A stretch of 64,000 nucleotides of DNA from Terriglobia bacterium. Its GTDB lineage: Bacteria; Acidobacteriota; Terriglobia; 20CM-2-55-15. The position numbers and the translations under genes were made by a program. Positions 1 to 10,268 of this stretch are shown one piece after another (within the stretch, counting starts at the first letter, position 1; the number at the start of each line of letters is the position of its first letter). The notes beneath the pieces are model-generated. The model did no database searches and was not told the DNA's origin. It worked only from the letters and a program-made list of their open reading frames with translations. The stretch lies in the NCBI GenBank assembly GCA_963664115.2, contig CAXWPJ010000012.1, forward strand, positions 480,001-544,000, given 5' to 3'.

Positions 1-72
1 TTTGTATAAGCTTTGACGATCCGGGTGGTTCAGATCCTATTCACCCACACCGCCCGGGAGAGAGGTTTCCGA

Positions 73-402
73 ATGGAATGGCATGATCTGGAACACATGA
101 CCGTAGTAAAGCTTCGTGAGACAGCTCAGGAGAAGGGACTCACATCAGTCAGCGGAAAGAACAAGGCCGAACTGATTGAAGAACTGGCCGGCGTCCTGGG
201 TATTGAAAAACCTCACGAAGAGTTGACCGATACGACCGTCCAATCAAAGAGCGATCTTAAACGCCAGCTTCGCGAACTCAAGTCGCAACGCACCCAGTTG
301 ATAGAAGCTCACGACCATAAAGGATTGAAGGCAGTGCGGCGGAAGGCCCATGGCCTCAGACGCCAGATCAAAAAAATTCACCTGGTAGCCCAAGCGAAGT
401 AG
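73..402 (+). CDS. Small protein with Rho-termination-factor N-terminal-like domain
   Basis: LEHMTVVKLRETAQEKGLTSVSGKNKAELIEEL motif; ATG at 73 preceded by GAGG. Confidence 0.6.
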   Translation: MEWHDLEHMTVVKLRETAQEKGLTSVSGKNKAELIEELAGVLGIEKPHEELTDTTVQSKSDLKRQLRELKSQRTQLIEAHDHKGLKAVRRKAHGLRRQIKKIHLVAQAK

Positions 403-464
403 CCCCTGGCTTGACTTGCATCGTCGCCCTGACGTCTGGCGCTTCCCTGCGCTGCGCTAAGTTC

Positions 465-2141
465 TTAAAACATATTCGGAAAGAGAACGTAGGAAAAGAG
501 CAGGCCGATCGTCCCCGCGACCACGAGATAGTAAATCATCGGGAGGATCGTCTTGCGAATTAAAGCTCCTTCCTTCCCGACCAGACCGACCGTCGCACTG
601 GCCGCAACGACGTTGTGGACACAGATCATGTTGCCGGCCGCTCCACCGACCGCTTGGAGCCCCAGGATCACAATGCGCGAAGTTCCGATATTGTCGGCCA
701 CGCCGTACTGAAACAGAGCAAACATCAGATCACTGACCGTATTACTTCCCGCAACAAATGCACCCATCGCGCCAATCATGGGGGCAAAGAAAGGCCAGGT
801 ACCTCGTGCGATTCCAGCAACGTATTCAGCCAGAACAAGAGGCATGCTCTCCAAGCCCGATATGTTGGTGTTGGAATCGATGAACACCCGAACCAGACCG
901 ACTGCGAAGACCAGAGCCAGGGCGGGACCGGCCATCTTGCGGGCCGCGTCAGTCCAGGCAAAGCTCGCTTCTTTTCGCGTCATCTTGTGGAGCACTATGG
1001 TCGCTAAAGCGACCAGCATAAAAATCGTGCCCGGAGAGTAGAGCGGTTCGACGCTCTGAGACAAGGTCGTCCCGAGAATGTTCGACCAGGTCCAGCTGAC
1101 CGAACTCAGGTAGCTCTGCAGTGGCAGGAACGGCAAGCGAGTCACCACGAGCAGAGCCGCCACCAGCAAATAGGGCACCCAGGCCAGCAATAGTGTCATG
1201 TGACGCCGCTCTTCCCCCGCATCGGCCACGATGTTGCCGATCCAACTTGCGTCCCACTGGGCTCTGGGTGGAAAGTCCCAGGGCTCACCTTTCGGAATGA
1301 ATAATCCGGCTCGCGCACCGCTGACCACGATTGCCATGCCGATCAGTGCGCCGAGAAGACTCGGAAACTCCGGACCCAGAAACACCGCCACCAGTGCATA
1401 AGGAACGACGAAGCTCAGGCCGGCGAACAGGGCAAACTTCCAGGCACCCAAGCCCTCGCGAAAGGATCGGTTCTGGCCGAAGTATCGCGTGGTCATGCAA
1501 ACGATGATGAGCGGGATGAACATTCCCGCAATCGCATGGGGGATCGCGGTAAACACGCCCAGGCTATGCAGAAAATCCGCGTAGCTGATTCCCTGTGCAG
1601 CCAGCGCGTCCTCCACGAGCGGAACGTTAAGCGACTGGCCCATTCCCACCATGATCGGAGTGCCCACAGCACCAAAGCTGACGGGGGTGCTCTGTATGAT
1701 GAGCGTGGCCATAACTGCAGCCAACGCGGGAAAGCCCAATGCGAGGAGTAGTGGCGACGCCACCGCAGCCGGTGTACCAAAGCCGGCCGCTCCTTCGATG
1801 AAGGAACCGAAAAGCCATGCCACGATGATGAGCTGAACGCGCCTGTCCTTGGATACGCCCATGAATCCCCGTCGGATCGTAGTGACGGCACCGCTCTCTC
1901 GCAAGGTGAAAAGCAGCAGGATTGCGCCGAAGATAATCCAGAGAAGCGTGAAAGCGATCATAGCGCCCCGAAGCGTCGCACCGATTACATGCAGCACCGG
2001 CACACCCCACACCCACAGCGCCATCACGACCGTAAACACATAGGCGAGGGGCATCGCCTTGGTTGCCGGCCAACGCAAAACCACCAGGAAAAACATCACA
2101 GCCAGAACCGGCACAAGGGCTGCTAGGGCGTACAGGGCCAT
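465..2141 (-). CDS. lctP: L-lactate permease (LctP family)
   Basis: 558 aa, highly hydrophobic; [23 protein letters not shown] and [14 protein letters not shown] motifs. Confidence 0.9.
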   Translation of the reverse strand: MALYALAALVPVLAVMFFLVVLRWPATKAMPLAYVFTVVMALWVWGVPVLHVIGATLRGAMIAFTLLWIIFGAILLLFTLRESGAVTTIRRGFMGVSKDRRVQLIIVAWLFGSFIEGAAGFGTPAAVASPLLLALGFPALAAVMATLIIQSTPVSFGAVGTPIMVGMGQSLNVPLVEDALAAQGISYADFLHSLGVFTAIPHAIAGMFIPLIIVCMTTRYFGQNRSFREGLGAWKFALFAGLSFVVPYALVAVFLGPEFPSLLGALIGMAIVVSGARAGLFIPKGEPWDFPPRAQWDASWIGNIVADAGEERRHMTLLLAWVPYLLVAALLVVTRLPFLPLQSYLSSVSWTWSNILGTTLSQSVEPLYSPGTIFMLVALATIVLHKMTRKEASFAWTDAARKMAGPALALVFAVGLVRVFIDSNTNISGLESMPLVLAEYVAGIARGTWPFFAPMIGAMGAFVAGSNTVSDLMFALFQYGVADNIGTSRIVILGLQAVGGAAGNMICVHNVVAASATVGLVGKEGALIRKTILPMIYYLVVAGTIGLLFSYVLFPNMF

Positions 2142-2220
2142 TCATACCTCCATCGACTGAAAAAGGTCTGACGCACTTTAGCTGCTGCCGATATTGCAGT
2201 CAACGCTCGCGGCGATCGTC

Positions 2221-3561
2221 TCACGACTCTTTGGTGATCCGTTTGTGCTCGCGGAAAATCACGACAGCGATCCCAAGCCACACAACGCAGAAAAGGGTAT
2301 TCGCCAGCGCGAAGTTGCGGATGCCGAATCCCAGCTGAATTCCGACGAAGACGACGCCCGCCTGGAGCATGTCGCCCAGGCGAACGAAGAACGTGTCGAT
2401 GGCCTGCTTGGCTTTATATTTGACCTCGCGGCTCGTGGGCAAATACAGGGCAGCGCGAATCGTGTTCATCAGCGAATAGTCGGTGCTGTTTTCGGCGATC
2501 TTCACGATGCGTACGATCTGCAGCATCGGTAAGGCTATGAGCAAGCCGTAGCCGCCGATGGCGATACACGGCAGAACGAACAATGCCCCGCGAACCCCGA
2601 TGAACCGGAATATTCTGGACACGAGAAACGTCTGTATCAACAGGCCCAGTAAATTGACCCATGCATAAACACCGGCGAGGTACTCTCCGATAAAGGCCTG
2701 GCGCTCGGCACCAATCGCAATTGTGCCCGCCGCAACCTGAGCATCTGAAGCCGATTCCACAAGGCTGTTCAACAGATAGCCTCCAGTGCTGTTGACCACG
2801 TTCAGCAGGAGAATCAGGATGGCGATGGCCATCAGGTAGCGGCTACTCAATACGAGCCCGAAACCGCCCTCCTTACCCAGAGGCTGTTGTGCCTTTTGCG
2901 CCTCAGCAACCCCGCCACGCGCAGTTTCGCGGCGGTTGATCCAGAGGGTGATTAAGACACAGACGACCAGCAAACCGGCCCCGATCACCATGGGCAAGTA
3001 CGCCCCGAGCCTCTCGAAGATCCGTTCGATCACCGACGAACCGACCCATGCACCCAGGGAGGCTCCTACGGCTATGATCGGAAACAAACGCTTACCTTGC
3101 TCTTCGCTATAGATATCGTTCGCAAAAGCCCAGAACTGGGCCACTACAAAAACATTGAAAATGCCCAACCAGAGGTAAAACGGAATGCCAATCCGATATC
3201 CAGCGCTTCCAAGGAGAAAGAAAATGATCAGGTGCGAAACAAAGAACAAGGTCGCCCCCGACACCAGGCGGATCCGGTTCACTTTGGCAGCCAAAAACCC
3301 ATAGGCAGGCACGACGAGCAGCAAGAGCAAGGCCTGGCCGGCCGCCGAATAGCTGGCCGCGGCCGCACCCGACTCGTCAAGAATGAGGGTATCCCGAACG
3401 ATTTTGAGGAAGTAGTAAGCGGCAAGGAGCAAGAAGACATTGAGGGTCAACAAAATCGCGCTGCCACCCTCACCGCTTTTGACCACGCTGAAAAGCGAAA
3501 GGATCTGTTCGAGAAGATTTTTGCCCTGGGGCGGCGGCGCCGTCGTGTTCGAGGTCGTCAT
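2221..3561 (-). CDS. Npt1/TLC-like nucleotide translocase (MFS)
   Basis: FWAFANDIYSEEQGKRLFPII and KYKAKQAIDTFFVRLGD motifs; about 12 TM segments. Confidence 0.8.
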   Translation of the reverse strand: MTTSNTTAPPPQGKNLLEQILSLFSVVKSGEGGSAILLTLNVFLLLAAYYFLKIVRDTLILDESGAAAASYSAAGQALLLLLVVPAYGFLAAKVNRIRLVSGATLFFVSHLIIFFLLGSAGYRIGIPFYLWLGIFNVFVVAQFWAFANDIYSEEQGKRLFPIIAVGASLGAWVGSSVIERIFERLGAYLPMVIGAGLLVVCVLITLWINRRETARGGVAEAQKAQQPLGKEGGFGLVLSSRYLMAIAILILLLNVVNSTGGYLLNSLVESASDAQVAAGTIAIGAERQAFIGEYLAGVYAWVNLLGLLIQTFLVSRIFRFIGVRGALFVLPCIAIGGYGLLIALPMLQIVRIVKIAENSTDYSLMNTIRAALYLPTSREVKYKAKQAIDTFFVRLGDMLQAGVVFVGIQLGFGIRNFALANTLFCVVWLGIAVVIFREHKRITKES

Positions 3562-3760
3562 ATTACACCTGAGCAGGAACCGCCGACCGCCACAATCTGA
3601 TCACACGAAAATTGTTTTTCTGGAACCCACAGTAAAAGTGGAACGGAAGGCAGGTGTGTCTATCGATGCGGCAGGGGGGGCAGACTCCGGCGTGGGCGGC
3701 ATTCCGGGTCGGGACCAGAGACATGACTGTGACCACGGATGGCCGTGGTCTTCGGACACA

Positions 3761-4192
3761 TTAACCGCCGATCCCGTCCGCTGAGATGTAGGCTTCCAGA
3801 GAGTCCAGTTCCTGAGTCAGATGCTCCACCTTTTCAGTCAGGAGGTGCCGGATTGAGATCATGCCTTCGACGTCGCCCGTATCGTTGACGAGCGGAAGGT
3901 GCCGGATGTGCTTTTCCTGCATCAGCTTTAAGACGTCATCGGGTTCCTTATCCTTTGCAATTGTGAGAACGGGCGAAGTCATCACGTCGGTCACTGGGGT
4001 CGACCCGGGATTCTTGTTCTTCAGCACGACACGCATCATAAGGTCACGCTCGGTGAATACTCCGTTCAACTGAGCTCCGTCAATGATGAGGATGGCGCCT
4101 ACCTTCGCTTTCTCCATTTCCTGCAAGGCATCCATCACCGTCGCCGAAGAGTCGATCACTACCGGATTCTTGCCAACTTTAAGAAGGTTCAT
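3761..4192 (-). CDS. CBS domain pair protein
   Basis: GVFTERDLM and IRHLPLV...GMISIRHL; RBS AAGGAG before the ATG at 4192. Confidence 0.9.
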   Translation of the reverse strand: MNLLKVGKNPVVIDSSATVMDALQEMEKAKVGAILIIDGAQLNGVFTERDLMMRVVLKNKNPGSTPVTDVMTSPVLTIAKDKEPDDVLKLMQEKHIRHLPLVNDTGDVEGMISIRHLLTEKVEHLTQELDSLEAYISADGIGG

Positions 4193-4528
4193 CGGTCGCT
4201 CCTTGTCCGAACCGCCGCTTCGGGCGATTCGCATACTTTGCTCCGCCAACACCAATAGTCGAACAACAGGACTCAATCCAGCTGGGGCATTTGCTTCAAC
4301 AAAGGGTGCCGGACGGGCGAGGCGGTATCAGGATACATTTTCCCACCTAGGCAGTCCAGTGAAACAAAGCGAAACAGCACGTAACTCCCTTATAATCTGT
4401 TCCTTACAATTGATCGGGGCTGGAGCAGCGCAATCCCGAATGCGTCCCTCCCATTGGCAGATCTGGGAAACAACGCGCTCAATCCCGGCTGAGGATCGTA
4501 AAAGCGAAGGCCAGAGGCCCGAAACTAG

Positions 4529-5926
4529 TTGAAATTGCAGCATGTTCGGTTGTTCAATAAGCGAATGCTTTCTACCGTTCTGATCAGTTTTCTTCTCGCG
4601 TCCGCTCAGTCCGAGCCCATTGATCTGAGCCTCGTCACGTTCCCGTCGGGTTCGAACGTGGACGTGTCCTTGACGCCCAATGGTCAGGTGGAGGTTCGCC
4701 GGGGAGAGACCCTGAGCCGCGTCAAGGTCGAAATTGATCGCATTGAATCGCTCTCGACGCTGGATCCAATGCTGCGCGCTTTCATCGTGTGGGCCGTATC
4801 GCCAGAAGGCGAGTTCGAGAACCTCGGCGAGCTGGAGGTGGATGGCCGTGAGGCAGAACTGGAAACCACCACTGCCCTGCAGCGCTTCGGAATAATCGTA
4901 ACCGCCGAACCACATTTCATGGTGGACACTCCCAATCAAACCATCGGCTTTCGGAGCGGACCACCGCGAGATGACGACATCCGTGTTGAACCTTTCAGTA
5001 TAGAAGTCGGCTCCCAGGACTACTCGACGATCTCCCTGCCACCGCAAGGCAACCTGCCGGCCCGAATCACCGAAGCCCGGATGGCCTTCCTGGTTGCAGA
5101 GTCTGCGGGCGCGGGCGAATTCGCTGAGACGGATCTCCGAAAGGCACGTGTCGCCTTGGGTTCGATGGAAGAACTGCTGCGTCGCAATATGCCAATGGAC
5201 GTGCTCATGCCTTACGTGAACGACTCGATTCGCCTGTCGGCCCTGGCCGCACGCTCAGCCCGTGCGCAAGTGATTCAAAATGAACTCGACCGAGAGACGC
5301 GGCGCGCCGAACTACTCGAACAACAGAACCGGCAGCTGCAACAGGAACTGCAGCGGCTCGATCTGAGGCAGGAAGACTCCGAAGAGCGGCTGAGCGAGTT
5401 GAGGTCATCACTGCAAACAGCGCAGAGCGAAAACCGCTCATTGGAACTTGAGATGGAAGAAGCGGCCCGGGGAATTCGATCACTGGAAAACGAAGTATCG
5501 AATCTCAGTGATCCCTGGCCACCCCTTCGGGATGCTTTGATGTTCGGCGCCGGAGCCCGCGAAACCGCACGAGGACTGACCCTCACCCTGGCTGGGGCCA
5601 CCTTCGAATCGAATAGCGGCACGCTGGGGCCAGAAGGCCGGGAAATGCTTTCGCGCCTTGCCGGAGTCCTGGGCATCGATGAAACACCGGAGATTCTGAT
5701 TGAAGGCCATACCCAGGATTCAGGTCCCGCTTCAAGAAACCTCACGCTGTCTGAAGAACGAGCCGAGGCCGTGAGAGCCTATCTCCTCGAACTGGGCGTC
5801 TCCGAAGACAACCTTCAGGCAGAAGGCCTTGGCACAACGCGGCCCATCACTGGAAACGAGGATGCTGAAACAAGGGCACTCAATGAAAGGGTCGAAATAG
5901 TCTTCAGGGAAATCCGAAACCCATGA
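4529..5926 (+). CDS. OmpA-family peptidoglycan-binding protein with coiled coil
   Basis: C-terminal IEGHT..NLTLSEERAEAVRAYL..G.G..RP..N.RVE; real start may be 4565. Confidence 0.85.
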   Translation: MKLQHVRLFNKRMLSTVLISFLLASAQSEPIDLSLVTFPSGSNVDVSLTPNGQVEVRRGETLSRVKVEIDRIESLSTLDPMLRAFIVWAVSPEGEFENLGELEVDGREAELETTTALQRFGIIVTAEPHFMVDTPNQTIGFRSGPPRDDDIRVEPFSIEVGSQDYSTISLPPQGNLPARITEARMAFLVAESAGAGEFAETDLRKARVALGSMEELLRRNMPMDVLMPYVNDSIRLSALAARSARAQVIQNELDRETRRAELLEQQNRQLQQELQRLDLRQEDSEERLSELRSSLQTAQSENRSLELEMEEAARGIRSLENEVSNLSDPWPPLRDALMFGAGARETARGLTLTLAGATFESNSGTLGPEGREMLSRLAGVLGIDETPEILIEGHTQDSGPASRNLTLSEERAEAVRAYLLELGVSEDNLQAEGLGTTRPITGNEDAETRALNERVEIVFREIRNP

Positions 5927-5974
5927 TCCTTTCTGGAGCGCTTCCGACGAAGCCTTTCCTCCGACAATCCGTTT

Positions 5975-6118
5975 ATGCACTTTGAGCAGTTCTATCTCGG
6001 ATGTCTGGCCCACGCGTCCTACCTGGTCGGTTCCGCCGGCCGCGCCGCGGTCATCGACCCGCAAAGAGAGGTTGAACTTTACCTGGAAGCTGCGCATGGA
6101 TATCAAGGCTTGAGGTAA
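5975..6118 (+). pseudogene. Truncated N-terminus of an MBL-fold hydrolase (persulfide dioxygenase/rhodanese type)
   Basis: MHFEQFYLGCLAHASYLVGSAGRAAVIDPQREVELYLEAA, then a stop; translated by hand. Confidence 0.7.
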
Positions 6119-6196
6119 AGCACGCCGCCTTGGCGAGCCGGACTCGTTTTCCTTTTGCCAGGTCCCGTCCCTCCGGTTTATCCTGCATGAAACCTC

Positions 6197-6802
6197 ATGA
6201 AATTAAGCGTTTCGTCCCTCACGTTTGTTCTGGCTGTTTCTCTCTTCACGCTACCCGCATTTACACAGGAACGAGAAGACAGAAGCGAGCGCGAGCCAGA
6301 CAGGCAAGAACAGCGGCAGCGGAACGAACGGAACCGACAGGAACGAGCGAGCCAGATGTTCATCCAGCAGATGACGCTGGACGCGATGTGGGAGGACTTC
6401 CAGGCGAATCGGGGAGGGGCCCAGTACCGTTCCGAGCTGCTTGTAAGAACAACGGAAGAACTTGCCGAGAATATTGAAGAACTCTATAGGGTTGTTACGT
6501 TAGAGAATTCCACTGGTAGCGAGTTGGAAGAACGATCCGAAGAGATTGAGTAAACGAGCAGCCGCATAACCGAACTCGTCAATTACGGAACTGAAGCACC
6601 TCAGATTAACGTTGCTGAGTTGCCCGATGAAGGCCTCGACGTGCGATTACAGCGCCTGGTAAATTTGAGCCGACGTTTGATTCCGAACCTTCTCTTTCTC
6701 GTGGGTTCTGATGCAGTCAATCTGAATCTGCTGAATCAGATTCGAGATGACCTTGCGATCACCGGGGCCCTGACCCGGGCATTGCCCGGGTCAGGGTTCT
6801 AA
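6197..6802 (+). pseudogene. Secreted hypothetical protein split by an in-frame TAA (6551-6553)
   Basis: ORFs 6197-6553 and 6620-6802 are in the same frame; signal peptide at the N-terminus. Confidence 0.55.
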
Positions 6803-6871
6803 CCTTGCTTGCTTCTTTTCCTGGTTTAATTCCGCCCAAGACAGAAGATGGTGCTGCTTCGGCGGCTTCAC

Positions 6872-6910
6872 AATACTCGACATCCGGCACGATGACCTGT
6901 CAGGATTTGA
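6872..6910 (+). repeat. Degenerate copy of the 38-bp palindromic site, upstream of the recombinase
   Basis: aatactcgacatccggcacgatgacctgtcaggatttga matches the consensus aattctcaacgtccgacaagatgatttatcaggacttga at 30/39 positions, ungapped. Confidence 0.65.
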
Positions 6911-7025
6911 AAACGGCGAAGGCACTTCTCCCGATATCCGGTTAGAACTAAGCCGCAGGCGCTCGGAGTCGGCGTACAGCAGATAGAGTCTGTCCCATAA
7001 AGTAGCGGTCATAAGGAGGTGTCTT

Positions 7026-7907
7026 ATGACCCAACTACGAGAACGGATGCTGGAGGAACTCCAGCGACGGAACTATTCCCCGGCCACGAGTCGTGGCTAC
7101 ATTCTGGCAGTCGAACAATTCGCGAATTACTTCGGCAAGTCTCCGGCCTTGATGGGAGCCGAGGAGGTACGGCGTTTTCAGCTGTACTTACTGACCGAAA
7201 AGAAGCTGGCGGCGAGTACGGTCGGGATGCGGACCTCGGCGATACGATTCCTTTACAAGAAGGTGCTGCTGCGACGTGCGGATCTGGAACTGGATGATCT
7301 GCCCATGCCCAAGAGTGCGCGGAAACTACCCACGATCCTGGGTCCGTCTGAAGTCCGCCGGTTGATCCAAGCCGCATTGAGTCCGATGCACCGGGCCATC
7401 CTGATGGTGCTCTACGGGACCGGGATGCGACGGGCCGAAGCCGCCGTGTTGAAGGTGGCCGACATCGACAGTGAACGGATGCTGGTGCATATCCGCGACG
7501 GGAAAGGGCGTCGGGACCGGGATGTCCCGTTGAGTCGCAATCTGCTTGAAGCGTTACGGGGGTACTGGTTATTGAAAAAGCCCGAGGTCTATCTGTTTCA
7601 CAGCAGTGCAGGACACCGGGGCACGGATGCTCCGATCTCGGACAAGGTGGTCTGGCATGCCGTTCATGGGGCCGCCCAGCGTGCGGGTCTGACCCAGAGG
7701 ATCGGTCCGCACACGCTACGGCACAGCTTCGCGACCCACCTGCTAGAGTCCGGGACCGACTTGCGCACGATCCAGCTCTTGATGGGACACAGTCGGCTCA
7801 GCGATACCACGCTCTACCTGCAACTGTCCCGGCGCCATCTTCGAACCGCGCGCAATCCTCTGGATCAGTTGAAGCTTTCACCTGTGGTTAAGGATCCAAA
7901 GAAGTGA
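7026..7907 (+). CDS. Tyrosine recombinase (IS91-associated integrase type)
   Basis: Intact R-K-HxxR-H-Y set (GMRRAE, DGKG, HTLRHSFATHLLE, MGH, TTLY); lacks the IntI-specific insertion. Confidence 0.95.
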   Translation: MTQLRERMLEELQRRNYSPATSRGYILAVEQFANYFGKSPALMGAEEVRRFQLYLLTEKKLAASTVGMRTSAIRFLYKKVLLRRADLELDDLPMPKSARKLPTILGPSEVRRLIQAALSPMHRAILMVLYGTGMRRAEAAVLKVADIDSERMLVHIRDGKGRRDRDVPLSRNLLEALRGYWLLKKPEVYLFHSSAGHRGTDAPISDKVVWHAVHGAAQRAGLTQRIGPHTLRHSFATHLLESGTDLRTIQLLMGHSRLSDTTLYLQLSRRHLRTARNPLDQLKLSPVVKDPKK

Positions 7908-9088
7908 GCCGGCCACCCTTTGAGGTGGCTGACGTGATTCGCATCGTCGGAGACCGATTCCGACAACGGTATTTGAAAGCGCTGGCCTGGCCCCAGGTCA
8001 AGGTCCTCAACGCGATTACCCATTGCCGGACCGCCGCACTGGGCGGGAACCGGAAACGATGCGACCACTGTGGCCACCAAACGCTGGTCTACCACTCGTG
8101 CCGGAACCGCCACTGCCCGAAGTGCCAGACCAATGCGCGGAACACCTGGGTCGAGAAACGGCAACAGGAACTGCTACCGATCGGATACTTCCATCTGGTC
8201 TTCAGCCTGCCCCATCAGTTGATCCCATTGATCTGGCAGAACAAGAAGGTGCTCTATGCGCTTCTGTTCCGAACCAGTGCGGCGGCGCTGATCGAAGTGG
8301 CCCGAAACCCCAGGTATCTGGGCGGCGAGATCGGATTCCTCAGCATCCTGCATACCTGGGGACAAACCCTGCAACGCCATCCCCATATCCACTGTGTGGT
8401 TCCCGGTGGCGGACTGTCCCCGGATCACGACCGGTGGATCCACTCCTCCCGGACCGACTTCTTCCTCCCGGTCCAGAAGCTCAGCTACGTTTTCAGAGAA
8501 AAGTTTCTCGACGGTTTAGCCGAAGCCTTCGGAAACAAGACGCTCGTTTTCCATGGGGAGTGTCTGGAACTGGCCACCGAATCCACCTTCGAGCGGTTCC
8601 TCGACGATCTGAAGGATCGGAACTGGGTGGTGTACGCCAAAGAACCATTCGGCGGACCCCAACACGTCCTTCAGTACCTGGCCCGCTATACCCATCGGGT
8701 GGCCATCTCGAATCATCGCATCCTCGATGTCAACCAATCCGGCGTTACATTCCGCTGGAAGGACTATCGCCACAATGGCCGTCCACGAACAATGACACTC
8801 CAACCCGAAGAGTTCCTCCGTCGATTCCTCCTGCATGTCTTACCGAAAGGCTTTCCCCGCATCCGGTACTACGGATGGATGGCAAATCGGAAACGCAAGA
8901 CGATGCTGGAACTCTGTCGGCACCTCTTAGGTCAGGAGTCCATCACCGAGCCGGAGTCCGAGGCGGGTGCTACCCCACCGGCACCGTGTCCGATCTGCCG
9001 GGGACCGATGCGTCTGGTCGAGCGATTAACCGCGGCACAGCTCGCCGCTCTCGAATCAAAGGAGGTTCCAATTCAGGATAGTGCGTAG
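7904..9088 (+). CDS. IS91-family rolling-circle (HUH/Y2) transposase with Zn-binding N-terminus
   Basis: SCRNRHCPKCQ, HTWG...HPHIH and YLARYTHRVAIS motifs. Confidence 0.95.
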   Translation: MSRPPFEVADVIRIVGDRFRQRYLKALAWPQVKVLNAITHCRTAALGGNRKRCDHCGHQTLVYHSCRNRHCPKCQTNARNTWVEKRQQELLPIGYFHLVFSLPHQLIPLIWQNKKVLYALLFRTSAAALIEVARNPRYLGGEIGFLSILHTWGQTLQRHPHIHCVVPGGGLSPDHDRWIHSSRTDFFLPVQKLSYVFREKFLDGLAEAFGNKTLVFHGECLELATESTFERFLDDLKDRNWVVYAKEPFGGPQHVLQYLARYTHRVAISNHRILDVNQSGVTFRWKDYRHNGRPRTMTLQPEEFLRRFLLHVLPKGFPRIRYYGWMANRKRKTMLELCRHLLGQESITEPESEAGATPPAPCPICRGPMRLVERLTAAQLAALESKEVPIQDSA

Positions 9089-9128
9089 CCATCGACACTC
9101 AACAATTCCAGCCCAACGCGGTCGTCCA

Positions 9129-9423
9129 GACTGCATCGCCGAAGTGTGTCCAGACGCCAAAAACACGCGTGCTCAAGTGCCCTTTCGCTATATCCAACCC
9201 ACCCCACTCGGGCGATCGACAGTGATTTTCCGCTACAACCACCCCCCACCATCACTGCGTCTCCCCGATTCAGCCCGACTGCATCGCCGAAGTGTGTCCA
9301 GACGCCAAAAACACGCGTGCTCAAGTGCCCTTTCGCTATATCCAACCCACCCCACTCGGGCGATCGACAGTGATTTTCCGCTACAACCACCCCCCACCAT
9401 CACTGCGTCTCCCCGATTCAGCC
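9129..9423 (+). repeat. Tandem duplication, 148-bp period, 2 copies, downstream of the IS91 transposase
   Basis: gactgcatcgccgaagtg...ccccgattcagcc at 9129-9275 and 9277-9423. Confidence 0.95.
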
Positions 9424-9751
9424 TCCAATCCATGGATTGAAAACCCATAGGTCTTCTCGTTCCCGGCCGCGCCTGCGCCTCACTTCAAACCATTCTATCC
9501 GACATGCCCCGGCATCATTTTTTGTCACTGTCGGTGCCGGACCATCTCCGATACAAAACTGACGTTTTGCGGACAGATGACTGTTTGGTTGACCTCAAGC
9601 CCCACCTGTAGTTCGTTGTAGCACCCCAAATTCCACGCATTGGCAAGTGCGCTAGTCCGAGTTTCATCGAGACTCGAGACAATGTTAAAAGCTTGGTCTC
9701 CAGACTCACTTAAGCCATAGTTGTGAGAATCTGGAAATCAGGAGGTGCATC

Positions 9752-10159
9752 ATGAGCATTAAACGAAGTGTTGCTACCGTCGTTTTTCCCCTGGTGTTTG
9801 TGATGCTGGGCGGGGTGGTTTTCTCAGCCCACCACTCCCGGACCGGCTACGAGAACGAACGCACCGTTACCCTCACAGGATTCGTGACGGAATTCAGGTG
9901 GAGAAATCCCCACACCTTTCTTGTCTGGACGGTGACCGACGAAAACGGAAAAGCAGTGGAGTGGGCAGGTGAAATGCTGTCCATCCAGACCGTGACCAGT
10001 TGGGGATTGACCCGTAACTCATTCCAGCCGGGAGACGAAGTGACCGTGACCGCCTTTCCCGCTACGCGGGGTGCGCCTGTCAGCATAATCCAGAAAGTCG
10101 TGATGACTGCGGATGGCAGCGTCGTGGTGGATCAAACTCGAGACGAAGCCTTTCGATAG
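9752..10159 (+). CDS. DUF6152-like secreted protein
   Basis: Signal peptide + AHHS...G.VTEF.WRNPH...W..E...PGD.VTV. Confidence 0.85.
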   Translation: MSIKRSVATVVFPLVFVMLGGVVFSAHHSRTGYENERTVTLTGFVTEFRWRNPHTFLVWTVTDENGKAVEWAGEMLSIQTVTSWGLTRNSFQPGDEVTVTAFPATRGAPVSIIQKVVMTADGSVVVDQTRDEAFR

Positions 10160-10268
10160 GTATCCGGCCGGACTGGGATCGATGCAACTCCGCAAGCGCC
10201 AAATCGCATGGCGAGAACGGTTCAAGTGGCGCATCACTGAGTCTTCGAGCATTGGGGAGATACGACAG

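Noticed and set aside
2221-3561. Nucleotide translocase as evidence of an intracellular lifestyle
   Set aside because: Npt/TLC homologues are widespread in free-living bacteria, so one gene is not diagnostic.
6551-6553. Recoded stop in the split secreted gene
   Set aside because: The codon is TAA, not TGA or TAG; a nonsense mutation or sequencing error is simpler.
6991-7018. dif-like site ctgtcccataa-agtagc-ggtcataagga before the recombinase
   Set aside because: Only one arm resembles a XerC box and the other overlaps the RBS; too weak to call.
7026-7907. Integron integrase (intI) with canonical attC sites
   Set aside because: The protein lacks the IntI-specific insertion, and the repeats lack RYYYAAC/GTTRRRY ends and are shorter than attC sites.
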